From positions 1,996 through 65,995 of the forward strand of contig MWDC01000001.1 in NCBI GenBank assembly GCA_002070355.1: a stretch of DNA of 64,000 nucleotides, given 5' to 3'. The notes beneath the pieces were generated by a model. It had not been told where the DNA came from, searched no databases, and saw nothing but the letters and a program-made list of their open reading frames with translations. Shown one piece after another: positions 27,631 through 38,400 of this stretch. Made by a program: the position numbers and the translations under genes. Positions within the stretch are counted from its first letter, which is position 1. Each line of letters starts with the position of its first letter. This stretch comes from Parcubacteria group bacterium ADurb.Bin159 (GTDB lineage Bacteria > Patescibacteriota > Patescibacteriia > UBA2591 > MWDC01).

Positions 27631-29055
27631 TTACAAAATTTCAGAGGAAGGAGTTTCTGGAGAAAGTTCCTCTGCTGGTTTTTCAGTGATAAATTGAAAA
27701 CTATTAATCATCATTTCAAAAGCAGTTCTAAAATTTGCTTCTTCTAATGTCCCCAAACTATAAGAAAAAATAATAATTTTGTTTTCGTTTGATAAATATA
27801 AAGTCAATCTATCCGGACTAAAAACGGCTTCTTTGCCATTAATAATGGTTTTAAGCAATTCATTTTCAAACACTCCCGGCGCAGCAGAAAGATACCATTG
27901 TAAAGGAGAGAGCATAGAAAGATTGTCTTCTACTGTTAAACTAAAACGTTCTACTGTACCTGCATCGGGAATAATTAGAATTTCTCTTTCTTCGGTTTCG
28001 GGAATAGTTTTTAAGCTCCACGAACTAGGATAAAAAATAGCCCAATGATGAGTTAAATTAGAATAAACTTTTATTAAGGAAGAAGTAGCTAATTTCGCTT
28101 CATCTCCTTTAGTAGGGTCAGTTAAATTGATTATTTCTTGACCATCGGATATGCCATCTTTATCCGTATCCGGATCATTAATTCCAGTATTAAAGAGAAT
28201 CTCTTCCATATCCGTTAAACCATCGTTATCAGAATCAAGACTTTTTTTAATTATTGGTTTTGTGTTAACTTCTTCGGTAGCAATATTAGATTTATGGCAA
28301 ACAATAGCATAAATTTCTCCCGGCAAAATATCTGTTTCTACTATTAATAAATTATTTTCTTTGTCCAATGTGGCGGGAAGAACAGACCAAAAGTTATCTT
28401 TGAAATAAGCCAAAGCTAATTTTTCTTCTAATTGAGAAGAAATGATGTTTTCTTTATAATAAGCAGTAATTTTTATGGGTTTATTAAAAGGAATATCTGC
28501 CGGGCTAATTTTATAAGGGCCAACAATCACTTGATAATCTCCTTTATTATAAATTTCAGTAAAAGGCAATTCTTCTAAATTAAAAGATGGTTCAAGGGTT
28601 GGTTCGTAGGCTCCTTCAGGTATAGACAACTCCAAAGAAGAAATTATTTCTTGATTTTGATCTTTAATGGTAGCTTTTAAATCAAGCGGTGAAGAAACAA
28701 CAACTTCTGTAGTTTCTTCCGGCGATTCAATTGGCTCTTCTATTAGATTTTCTTGAACTAAAGGAGAAGGCGAAGGGATAACTTTTGGGGTTAAATAATT
28801 AGTTTCAACCCACCAATAAAGTCCTCCCCCTATAACAAGTAAAACAAAAACAGCAATTAAAAGAATCGCCCAAGGAGAAAGACCTTTTTTTATAGATGGA
28901 CCACCCTTTTTAGCCATTGCCTTTCTAAAGGTTTCCGGCATAACATAAATTTCTTCTTCTATCTTTTCTTCTTTCACTTCTTTTAACAAATCTTTTTGGG
29001 AAACATCCGGGGTTTGGTCAAACTGCTCTTGTTTTTTGGGTTTTGATTCAAACAT
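27631..29055 (-). CDS. hypothetical single-pass membrane protein with thrombospondin type-3-like Ca-binding repeats (DxDxDG)
   Basis: Cytoplasmic K/E-rich N-terminus, TM (WAILLIAVFVLLVIGGGLYWW), extracellular region with DSDNDGLTD...DPDTDKDGISDGQE. Confidence 0.45.
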   Translation of the reverse strand: MFESKPKKQEQFDQTPDVSQKDLLKEVKEEKIEEEIYVMPETFRKAMAKKGGPSIKKGLSPWAILLIAVFVLLVIGGGLYWWVETNYLTPKVIPSPSPLVQENLIEEPIESPEETTEVVVSSPLDLKATIKDQNQEIISSLELSIPEGAYEPTLEPSFNLEELPFTEIYNKGDYQVIVGPYKISPADIPFNKPIKITAYYKENIISSQLEEKLALAYFKDNFWSVLPATLDKENNLLIVETDILPGEIYAIVCHKSNIATEEVNTKPIIKKSLDSDNDGLTDMEEILFNTGINDPDTDKDGISDGQEIINLTDPTKGDEAKLATSSLIKVYSNLTHHWAIFYPSSWSLKTIPETEEREILIIPDAGTVERFSLTVEDNLSMLSPLQWYLSAAPGVFENELLKTIINGKEAVFSPDRLTLYLSNENKIIIFSYSLGTLEEANFRTAFEMMINSFQFITEKPAEELSPETPSSEIL

Positions 29056-29107
29056 AAAAAATTATTAAGAAACTACAAAATTTATTAAACATATAATAAT
29101 ATAATCT

Positions 29108-32100
29108 CTATTCTGAAACACATACTGTTGGACGCTCTATGCAATCAGATCCCGGATAACATTTTTTACAACAACAATCATCACCTAATTTTGGTCCACA
29201 TGTAGCAATTCCTCCACAGGTATTCCAACCGCTTGGACAATTTCCAAGTGGTAATTCACTTTTAGGTATACAGCTACCCTGATAACAAACTCTAGAACCA
29301 GAACCGTCGCCACATACGGTACAATTGTTAGCATTATTACAACTGCTAGATCCGGGTCCAAGCCCATCGCAAATTTTGCAAACACCGCAAGAATCGCCCT
29401 TTTGTTTAAATGCATCTGCCGGACACGAAGCAGAGCTACCACTACAATATTCTTCTTTGTCGCAAGCACCAGCTGCCGGTCGACAAGGAGCATCAACCTC
29501 ACTCCCACCTGAGCAAACTTTATTGGCTGCTACATTAGCGACATCATCACCTTTATCATTAGTTGGACCAGTCGGACAACTACTAGAAGTGCCACTACAT
29601 TTGTAAACATCTCTTTTTTTCTGGCATTGCCCATTACACCCATTCCAACTAGAATAACCACAAATAGTACCCTCTGATTTAAAACGACATCCATCACAAC
29701 AAGCACTTTCTTCTGAACATTGGCAAGCAAACCACACTCCGCCTCTGCAATATTCTTTATCTCCGTCGTCATCTACATCAACAACTGTATTTGTAGGTTG
29801 GCAACCGTTATGAGCACAATATGTTGGAGAGGAGCAACAAGCTCGGTCAGTAGAATCAGAAGAACAAGCGCCACTATTGCAAGTTCTAGTTTTATAATAT
29901 TCTCCTGAATCATCGCCACAACACATATTATACCAACAAGCACTATCTACATTTCCATATGTATATCCCCAACCATAATTGCTACTCTGACAAGAATCTT
30001 TATTGAAATCACAATCATTATTATAAGGATCTCCGGAACAACCGTTCTTATTATCGCCGCAACCCCTGCATTGACCATATGAATCACAAAAATATCCTGT
30101 AGTATTACCTATGTTACATTTAGTAAACTTTGGTTTAAATACATCTGTCGGGCACGAAGCAGAGCTACCACTACAATATTCTTCTTGGTCACAATCGCCA
30201 GCTGCCGGTCGACAAAGGGTAGTGTCTGATCTAAAACGGCAACCATCACAACAATCATTTTCTACTGAACATTGGCAAGCATACCATTTTCCACCGCTAC
30301 AAAATTCTTTATCTCCATCGCCATCTACATCATCAACTTTACCTGTAGGTTGGCAACCGTTATGAGCACAATATGTTGGAGAGGAGCAACAAGCTCGGTC
30401 AGTAGAATCAGAAGAACAAGCACTACCATAAGGACTGCTATCGCATACTCTGGTTTTATAAAATTCTCCTGAATCATCGCCGCAACACATATTATACCAA
30501 CAAGCGCTATCTACATTTCCATATGTACATCCCCAACCATAATTATTACTATACCTACAAGAATCTTCATTGAAATCGCAATCATTATTATAAGGATTTC
30601 CGGGACAACCGTTCCCATTATTACCGCAACCCTTGCATTGACCATATGAATCACAGAAATATCCTAAAAGGCAATTATGTTGTCCTGAGGTATAATAATC
30701 GCAAATGCCGGTATTATTTTGGCAATAACCTGTTAAACAACCACTAGTGCCACATTGATCATTAGGATCCATATCGGAATTATATGAACTTGATACTTTC
30801 TTACATTCTCCATTATAACAATATTCACAAACGCCATTGCCACAGGGCTCAAAATCATCTTTTATAATATGACATCCATCACAACAATCATTTTTTACTG
30901 AACATTGGCAAGCATACCATTTTCCGTTACTACAATATTCTTTATCTCCGTCGCCATCTACATCGATAATTGTACCTGTAGATTGACAACCGTTATAAGC
31001 ACAATATGCTGTAGAGGAGCAACAAGCCCTATCACCAGGATTAGAAACACAAGCGCCACTATTGCAAATTCTAGTTTTGGGGAATTCTCCTGAATCATCA
31101 CCGCAACATTTACCTGACCAACAATCGCCAGTTGCATTTCCGAAAGTATTTCCCCACTGATAACCCCTTGTCCCATAAAGAGAAGAACAAGTAGGGGGAT
31201 CAAAATCGCAATCGTAACTGAAATTTGGGGAGCAACCATTATCACTGTTATTACTGCCGCAACCCTTACATTCACCATTTTGACAAAATTCATTACTATG
31301 GCATGCTTTTTCACAATACTTACAATGGTTTTTATCAGTATTTAAATTAATTTCACATCCATTAGAAGCATTTTGATCGCAATTCCCATATCCCGGATTA
31401 CAATATATTCCCGAACAATCGTAATGACAAGTGCCATTAGCTACCTGTATTTTTGTGTCGCAAACCTCACCACAATTTAAATTTATTTTTCCATTCCCAC
31501 AAGCCAAAGTCCAATTCGATTCTTGACAAACATAATTTTTATTTTCCCAATTAACACAAGAATCTTCATTAAGACAACAAGTATCTTTATCACTGCATTT
31601 TTGCCTTTCCGGATTAAGACATTGAGAAGCCAAGCAACCAAAAAATTCTGCTTCTGAATGTTTGTATTCTACATTAAAAGCAGTAGTAGGGCACATACAG
31701 TTAAAATTTTCTTCACAGAAACAAATTGGTTCAGGTGTTATTTCAAACGGCCGTGGTTCGCAAACTCCATTCCATTGGCATAAAAAATGTTTTTTACATT
31801 CAAATTCTGTTTCATAATTATAGCAATTTGATTTCCAATTTTCAGGCTGGGCATATTCAAAATGAGCGTATAATTTATATCCTCCCCCTACTTCTTTAGT
31901 TAAGGGGTTGATTGTCGCTCGATAAAGATAAATAAAAGAATCATCAGGTACACTATATGTTTTGTTTTTTAGATTGAAACAAGTTCCATCACATTGGGGA
32001 TTATCTTCCGGACAACTAGCGCATTGTTTTGCTCCAAAAACGTTTAAAGGATCAACAGGCAAAGATTTTCCCAAAGCCACGCCTAATGTTTCTTGCCAAG

Positions 32101-32398
32101 AAGGCCATTTAGAACTGCTCATTCCGGCAATATAAGTGCCGCTTTCTAATTTAGGATAATAGCCAAACTTATTCTTATAATCTTCTAAAAATTGGGCTAT
32201 AACTTGGATATCTCTTAATCTTTGCCAATCTCTCTGTATTTTTGCTTTGTCGTCTTGAGTAATTGAATAACCCCCTTCTGCTTGAACCGAAAGAATTTGT
32301 TTTACCACAAAAACGCCAATAACAAAAATAATTATACTTAATATAATCCCGATATACTTTTTTTGTTTTGAAAAATATTTAAACATAATGATTTTCAC
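29108..32398 (-). CDS. secreted/anchored cysteine-rich repeat protein (1096 aa) with possible pilin-like N-terminal region and three ~200-aa Cys-rich tandem repeats
   Basis: N-terminal hydrophobic anchor. The segment DIQVIAQFLEDYKNKFGYYP resembles the post-helix region of type IV pilins/pseudopilins (inference). Three repeats share CGxNxNGC..NNDCDFN..DSACWYNMCCGDDSGE..DRACCSSPTYCAHNGCQPT..VDVDGDGDKEYC..ACQCS..CCDGCRF. Confidence 0.5.
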   Translation of the reverse strand: MKIIMFKYFSKQKKYIGIILSIIIFVIGVFVVKQILSVQAEGGYSITQDDKAKIQRDWQRLRDIQVIAQFLEDYKNKFGYYPKLESGTYIAGMSSSKWPSWQETLGVALGKSLPVDPLNVFGAKQCASCPEDNPQCDGTCFNLKNKTYSVPDDSFIYLYRATINPLTKEVGGGYKLYAHFEYAQPENWKSNCYNYETEFECKKHFLCQWNGVCEPRPFEITPEPICFCEENFNCMCPTTAFNVEYKHSEAEFFGCLASQCLNPERQKCSDKDTCCLNEDSCVNWENKNYVCQESNWTLACGNGKINLNCGEVCDTKIQVANGTCHYDCSGIYCNPGYGNCDQNASNGCEINLNTDKNHCKYCEKACHSNEFCQNGECKGCGSNNSDNGCSPNFSYDCDFDPPTCSSLYGTRGYQWGNTFGNATGDCWSGKCCGDDSGEFPKTRICNSGACVSNPGDRACCSSTAYCAYNGCQSTGTIIDVDGDGDKEYCSNGKWYACQCSVKNDCCDGCHIIKDDFEPCGNGVCEYCYNGECKKVSSSYNSDMDPNDQCGTSGCLTGYCQNNTGICDYYTSGQHNCLLGYFCDSYGQCKGCGNNGNGCPGNPYNNDCDFNEDSCRYSNNYGWGCTYGNVDSACWYNMCCGDDSGEFYKTRVCDSSPYGSACSSDSTDRACCSSPTYCAHNGCQPTGKVDDVDGDGDKEFCSGGKWYACQCSVENDCCDGCRFRSDTTLCRPAAGDCDQEEYCSGSSASCPTDVFKPKFTKCNIGNTTGYFCDSYGQCRGCGDNKNGCSGDPYNNDCDFNKDSCQSSNYGWGYTYGNVDSACWYNMCCGDDSGEYYKTRTCNSGACSSDSTDRACCSSPTYCAHNGCQPTNTVVDVDDDGDKEYCRGGVWFACQCSEESACCDGCRFKSEGTICGYSSWNGCNGQCQKKRDVYKCSGTSSSCPTGPTNDKGDDVANVAANKVCSGGSEVDAPCRPAAGACDKEEYCSGSSASCPADAFKQKGDSCGVCKICDGLGPGSSSCNNANNCTVCGDGSGSRVCYQGSCIPKSELPLGNCPSGWNTCGGIATCGPKLGDDCCCKKCYPGSDCIERPTVCVSE

Positions 32399-32451
32399 AT
32401 TAGTTTTGACAGCTTACTTTGGTTTTGATATTTGACATCTAACATTTAACA

Positions 32452-35400
32452 TTATTCTTTATTGGTGTTAAACCTCCAATTTTTTATCAATTGCTCGTAA
32501 ATATCCAAAGTTTCTGGTTTGGCATTATCGCTATAAGAGAGTAAATAAATTAAACTTTCTATTTGTTGATTTTCTTTTCCCGGATTAATTACATTAAGGG
32601 CGCCAACATAAACTGTCCGTCCGCTTCTAATAGCCGGATAACCGTCGATTTTTAAAGATGTGTAACCTTCTGTTTCTTGAATAGGAATATTTTTCACAGT
32701 AGTTTTATACCACTCTTCCGGAGTTAAATAATCCGGATTTTCATATACTCGCAAACCAATAATGTCCTCATTTTCTAAATTAGAAAAAATCCATTCTTTT
32801 CTTAAATTCGAATCCTGGCTCGGGTTTGGAGAAAATCTTCTAAGTCCAGGTAAAACTGATTCCTTATATTCATCTAATCGAAACATTGTTTCATCAATAT
32901 AAAAATCGCTACCATTTTCTCCTGTATTGTTATAACCAATGCTTAACCCAATTTCATTTCTCAAATTACCTTGACTATCTAAAGTTTGAGTCATTCCCTC
33001 GGTATATTTAAATTTATAAGTAAACAAAGCCCAATCTTGATAATTTCCTTTTGGAATTATACCTAAGGATATGACTGGATAAGAAGATGTTTGATAAGGC
33101 CATTGCACAAATCTACATTTACAGCAAGAATCAGTACTATGACTTATCCGAGTTTCTAAATCTTTATTCAGATATTGACATTCTTGGCTGCATCGTCCTG
33201 CTTTTTGACAATAGTCTAAAGAAGAACTTTGTCCACACCAGCCGAGATTATAACATAATGTTAGACTGATATCTCCCGCCAAATGTCCTTTCCCATAAAA
33301 ACTAAAAATATAATCTTGTCCAGGAATTAAATTAAAAGGAGTAGTGTCATAAACAGCTCGCGCCCACATTGTTCGATTAGTATAGGGCCAAACTAAATCT
33401 TTAGATTCAGATACTTGACAGCTACCACAATTTGGATCATCGGCAAAATCACAAATTTTTTCAGTCCCTTTCCAGACACATTTATTAGCGTAAGGAAAAC
33501 TTAAAGGCCAAGAACCATTTTTTATTCCACTACAAATATCATTACGGCATTGACCAGGATAAGGCTCATTCGCATCTTGATGAATAAGTAAACTATTTTG
33601 TCCCGTATAAGACTCGATTGGATTTATACTTACATTAGAATGGCTTTGAAAACTCCTCTGCCATTGATTACTATTAAAGAGAAGAACTTTACCTATGTTT
33701 CCGCGACAATATTTGAGTTCAAAATTTGTTTCCGTATCTTCAAAGGACCAGGGCATTTCACAAAGATAATTTTCCACACTAGCATAATCAGAAACTGTCA
33801 CTTCTTTATTATTATTTACTTCAGCTTTAGCTATTACTTCGGTAAAGCCATTTTGATTTTGAGACATTATTTTTTGCGTAGAACCATCTTCATCTTTGTC
33901 ATCAGGAAGAGAAATAACTCCCGCATTAGTAAAACTCCATGTATAAGACCAGTTATAATTTTCTGTTCCTTCAATCTCTTGATCATCTTCTGAATAAGCA
34001 GTGGCTTGTAAACTTAAAGAAAGATTGGGTTTTTGAAAAAGAATATTTTTAGATGATTCTACTTTAATATAATCTGCATCAGATAATGAACCATCTATTA
34101 CTGAAATATTAATTTTAGATAATGCGCAAGGATCCTCAGCGGTTTTAAATTGCCAAACTTTGCCCGGAGACATTGCTAATTCGTATTTGCTTTTAACTCC
34201 TGTTGGCCCTCCTAAAATAATTACTTTATAAAAAGTGTTTAAAGATAGTCCCCATTGAGATTCGTTTGGTTTAATATAAATTGTAGTCTTATTATTTTTA
34301 GTTACCGATGAAAGCTTTGGCGATATTTCCTGCCAAATTATTTCATCCCATTGAATAATTGGCACAGTCGCTATTTTATAATCTTGTTTAGTAAAAGGAA
34401 AAGATTCTCTTTCTGATAATGTTCCTCCCCCATTTGAAGCCATTGTTCCCTTATAAAGTTTTATTGTTTCTTTATTCAAACTATTTGTCTCCATTGCTTG
34501 GTCAAAAGTGGCAGAAATAATAGTATTAGGGCAAACATTTTGCGAGTAATCAGCCGGACTAAATGTTTCCACTACCGGATGAGTGGCCACAATTAAAGGA
34601 GCACGGTCGGATTGACCCCCCTCTGTCTTTTCTACTTTAACATAAACTTCACCCAAACCTTTGCTGACAACTTTGGCTGTAGAAAGGGATTCTCCGGGTG
34701 TTCTTTCTTTAAAAGCAGCGATATTTTCCGGTGTTAACCAAGAATCTTTTTTTTCTAAACTCCATACCCAATCACTATAATCATCTGCTGATAAATAATT
34801 ACAATTAGATGAATAGACCTCTGTTTTATATGAAATTTCCTTTGGTTCGTCGGGGTAATATATCATACCTTTTCGAGGCGTTAAACAAACTTTATTCAAA
34901 GAACACTGTTTATCACCTGTTTTAAAGATCCAAACATAATCATCATCAGGAGAACCATCTTTTTTATTGTTTTTGTTTCCATCTAATGGCCAACCAAAAA
35001 TAGCGTCTCTTATCCCATTAGGACCACTTCTAAGAATAACTTGATAAATTGTGGAAGGATCAAGATTAATTTTGATTAAAAGTAGGGTCTCTTCATCATC
35101 TGTTTCTATATAACGATTGTTTATATCCCAAGAAACATTTTCCCATTTATTTTTACAATCATCTAATTTAGATTGATTACATTTTTCAATGATAACATTA
35201 GAGGAGTCAAGAGTAGTTTCCTCCATTTTATGATTAAATCTTACCCCGATTCGGCTATTAAGACAATTATCTGAAGAATCCGGCCAAGGTGAAGGAGATT
35301 GGCCCTTTAAATCACAAACATCACAATTTTTATTTTCTATAACCTGAGGAAGACCAGTGGGGCTTACCTTTAAATAAGCGCAAGTACGGTCTTTTTCCGG

Positions 35401-38400
35401 GCTGGCAATGCAACTTTTTTCTGAAGTTGAAGCCTTAATGAAGGTCTCCCCATAATATTTAGAAGTAGCTGTAGTAGAAAGTCCGTAAGGGGGTGATGAA
35501 ACACTGGCTACAGTATTATCTGTCGCCTCCCACGTAAAATCATCTACGCAAACCGGTTTGCCATCTGAATCTAAGGCTAAAGCAGCAAAAGAAAGAGTTT
35601 TATTAAGTCCTTTTATAATTACCGGACCGCGAGGGTAAACATTAATTTGAGCCACTTTACATGTTTTTGTTTTATCTGTGCTAACTTGAAAATTAACACT
35701 ATAACATTTTAAATCGTTATTCCAAGTACAAGGAATGGCATTGCTATTCTCAAAAGAAACGCCCTTATCGGATATAATTCCTTTTCCATTAGCACTGCTA
35801 ATAATTTCTACTTCGTATATTTGACCATCTATTAAAAGACAATTGCTCGGATAAAAAACAACTTTTGTTTTATCTCCTTCATTCCCCAAACTAATCCTGC
35901 CATTAAGATAACATCTTTTCTCCTTATCTTTATAAATTCCTTCCCCTTCTCCACAAGCATCAGCTTGTCTTGACACTTTAATATTATCTGTGGTTAAAGA
36001 ACCATAATTCATTAACTGATCAAAATTAATTTCAATGGAAGTATTCATCCCCACTTTTCCATCCTCTGTTGAGCAAGTTTTAATAGATTCAATTTGCGGT
36101 TTAGCCCAACAACATTTATTCTCATCTAAAAATCCACAACCCAGAGTTGCTCCGCACTGGCTATCTTTAGTGCAATCGCAACATAAACCTCGAGAAGGGC
36201 TATCGCAAGGAGCAATATTTTTTATGCAGTGTAATTTTCCGCATTGGTTATCATTATTACAACAACAACGACAATCTTCTTGGCTATTATTAGATAAACA
36301 AACGAAAGAACCTTGGCAAGTGTCCGCGCCCGCAGCGCAAACAGAAGAATTCTCTAATTTACAATTTTGCCCCGGTTTGCCAATGTCAATATTAATTTTA
36401 AAAGGAAGTTTATTACTCGGATTATTCCCCAGAGGAGAAACCCAAACCTTGCCTTGGCCAGCAGAAAGACCAAAAGGGACAACAGATTCTATCTTTTTAT
36501 CTCCCCAAGAACTCCCTTCACTCTCCTGAATCACTGATTTTATATCTTCAAAATTAATTTTCCCCGCGCTGCTGCCAAATGATTGGCCAAATAAATTAAC
36601 CGAATCATTAATTTTGCCTTGATTTGGTTCAACTTTAGAAAGGCAAGCTCCCATAGCCGTTCCTTCTATTGTCTTAAAACTTGTTAAAACATATTCTTTT
36701 TCTGGAATTTGGCAATGCCCTTCCTTTAAACAATTACCTTCACAATAATCCCAACCGCTTACACATTTATTACTATCAATTCGGCAACAAGGTGTTTTTT
36801 CTGGACAGTCATCATTAGTTTGACAGGCACCTAATCCTTTAATTACTCCACTTGTCTCTTGGCTAAAACCAGAATAAACTGTTTCTGTCCCTCTTTTAGC
36901 TCTTACTTTATAAGTATATGAATCTCCTTTTATAAATGTTCCGTTATTTTCAAAAATATAATCTCCTCCTTGTTTTATAAAAATAAAATTATTTGAAGGA
37001 TTAGGAGAACAAGTATTATCAATTAAAGAACAAGTGGTTAAAAGATTAAAATTTAATTGCTTTGATGTTCTTTCGTAAATTTCAAAAGCTGTGGCTAAAT
37101 TAGAAGGATCGTTATAATTCCATTTTAATTTTATTTGAGTCAAAGTTGAGGCTGGTATTGCCAAACCAGTCGGTTTAGGAAAAACCACACATTTATTCTC
37201 AAAACAAGTTTTCCCAATCATATTTTCCGGTGAAGTGTTTTCAGGAAAACAATCTTTATCTTCATTACAATCTCCACCAATAAACGGATCGTTTTCTTCG
37301 GTCAAGCAATCACTAAAATTAAAAGTACAATCAGAATTACACAATAAATTACCTCCAACATAATTATCATCAAAATCAACACAATTTTTTCCTCCTAAAT
37401 CATCGCCATCGCACTCTTCATTCTCATCTTTTGTCCCATCATAATTACAAGGAGATAAACCCTGACAAATACAAGTAGTTTCATCACAAACATTAGAAGC
37501 GCAAATATTATTATCAGCTTGACAGCCCTCTGTATTTTCATCCATATCACAATAAGCCCCCTGACAAAGTCCACAATCCGCTCCTCCACAATCAACTCCT
37601 CCTTCATCTTCATCAATAACTCCGTTAAAGCAATGTCCGGCTCTAATAAACGCTATTTTTTCTTTTTCGTCTAAATTATCAGCAAAATCATAAGCTTCTA
37701 TTTTAATTTTGTGCTGACTGCTAATTTCTAAAAGAGAAGTATCCCAATTATATTCATAATTATATTCTCCTGCTGCGGGTGTTCCGTTTTGAATATCTTC
37801 TATATCCCAAGTATTATCGCTGTTTAAATCAATTTTAAAAATAACTAAATTAATCCCTGCATCGTCGTAAATAGTTGTTTTAATTTTAATATTTCCGGAA
37901 GGTACATATTTACCTTGCGAAGGTTCAAAAACAACGCTCTTAATTTCCGGATTTTGAGTATCTACCATATTATTTGTTTTGAATGTCCACGAACAATTTC
38001 CATTATTACAATTAAGATTTTGTCCATTTTCACTAGTTACATTAGATGAAATAACTACTTTATATGAAGAATCGCCGTCAAAACAATGAAGAGTGGCATT
38101 ATCCGGACAAAATGCTTCGGGTGTAAATTTAACTTTTTTCCCTTCTGCTAATTGCTCTAAAGAACCGCTTACTATTGTCTCGTTTTCGTCTATTACTTTA
38201 CTAATAATAAAATTTGTGTTGTTTACGCTCTCTGTGTTTACGGTTTTATTAAAAATAGCGCTGACTATGGAATTTTTCGGCACAGTAACTCCTTTTAAAG
38301 GAGCAATATTTTTAATATAAAAAGGGCTTGGACCCGGCGGTGGCACGTCTTCACAATTAAGGCAACTATTGTCAAATTGCCAAATACCGTTAAGACAACG

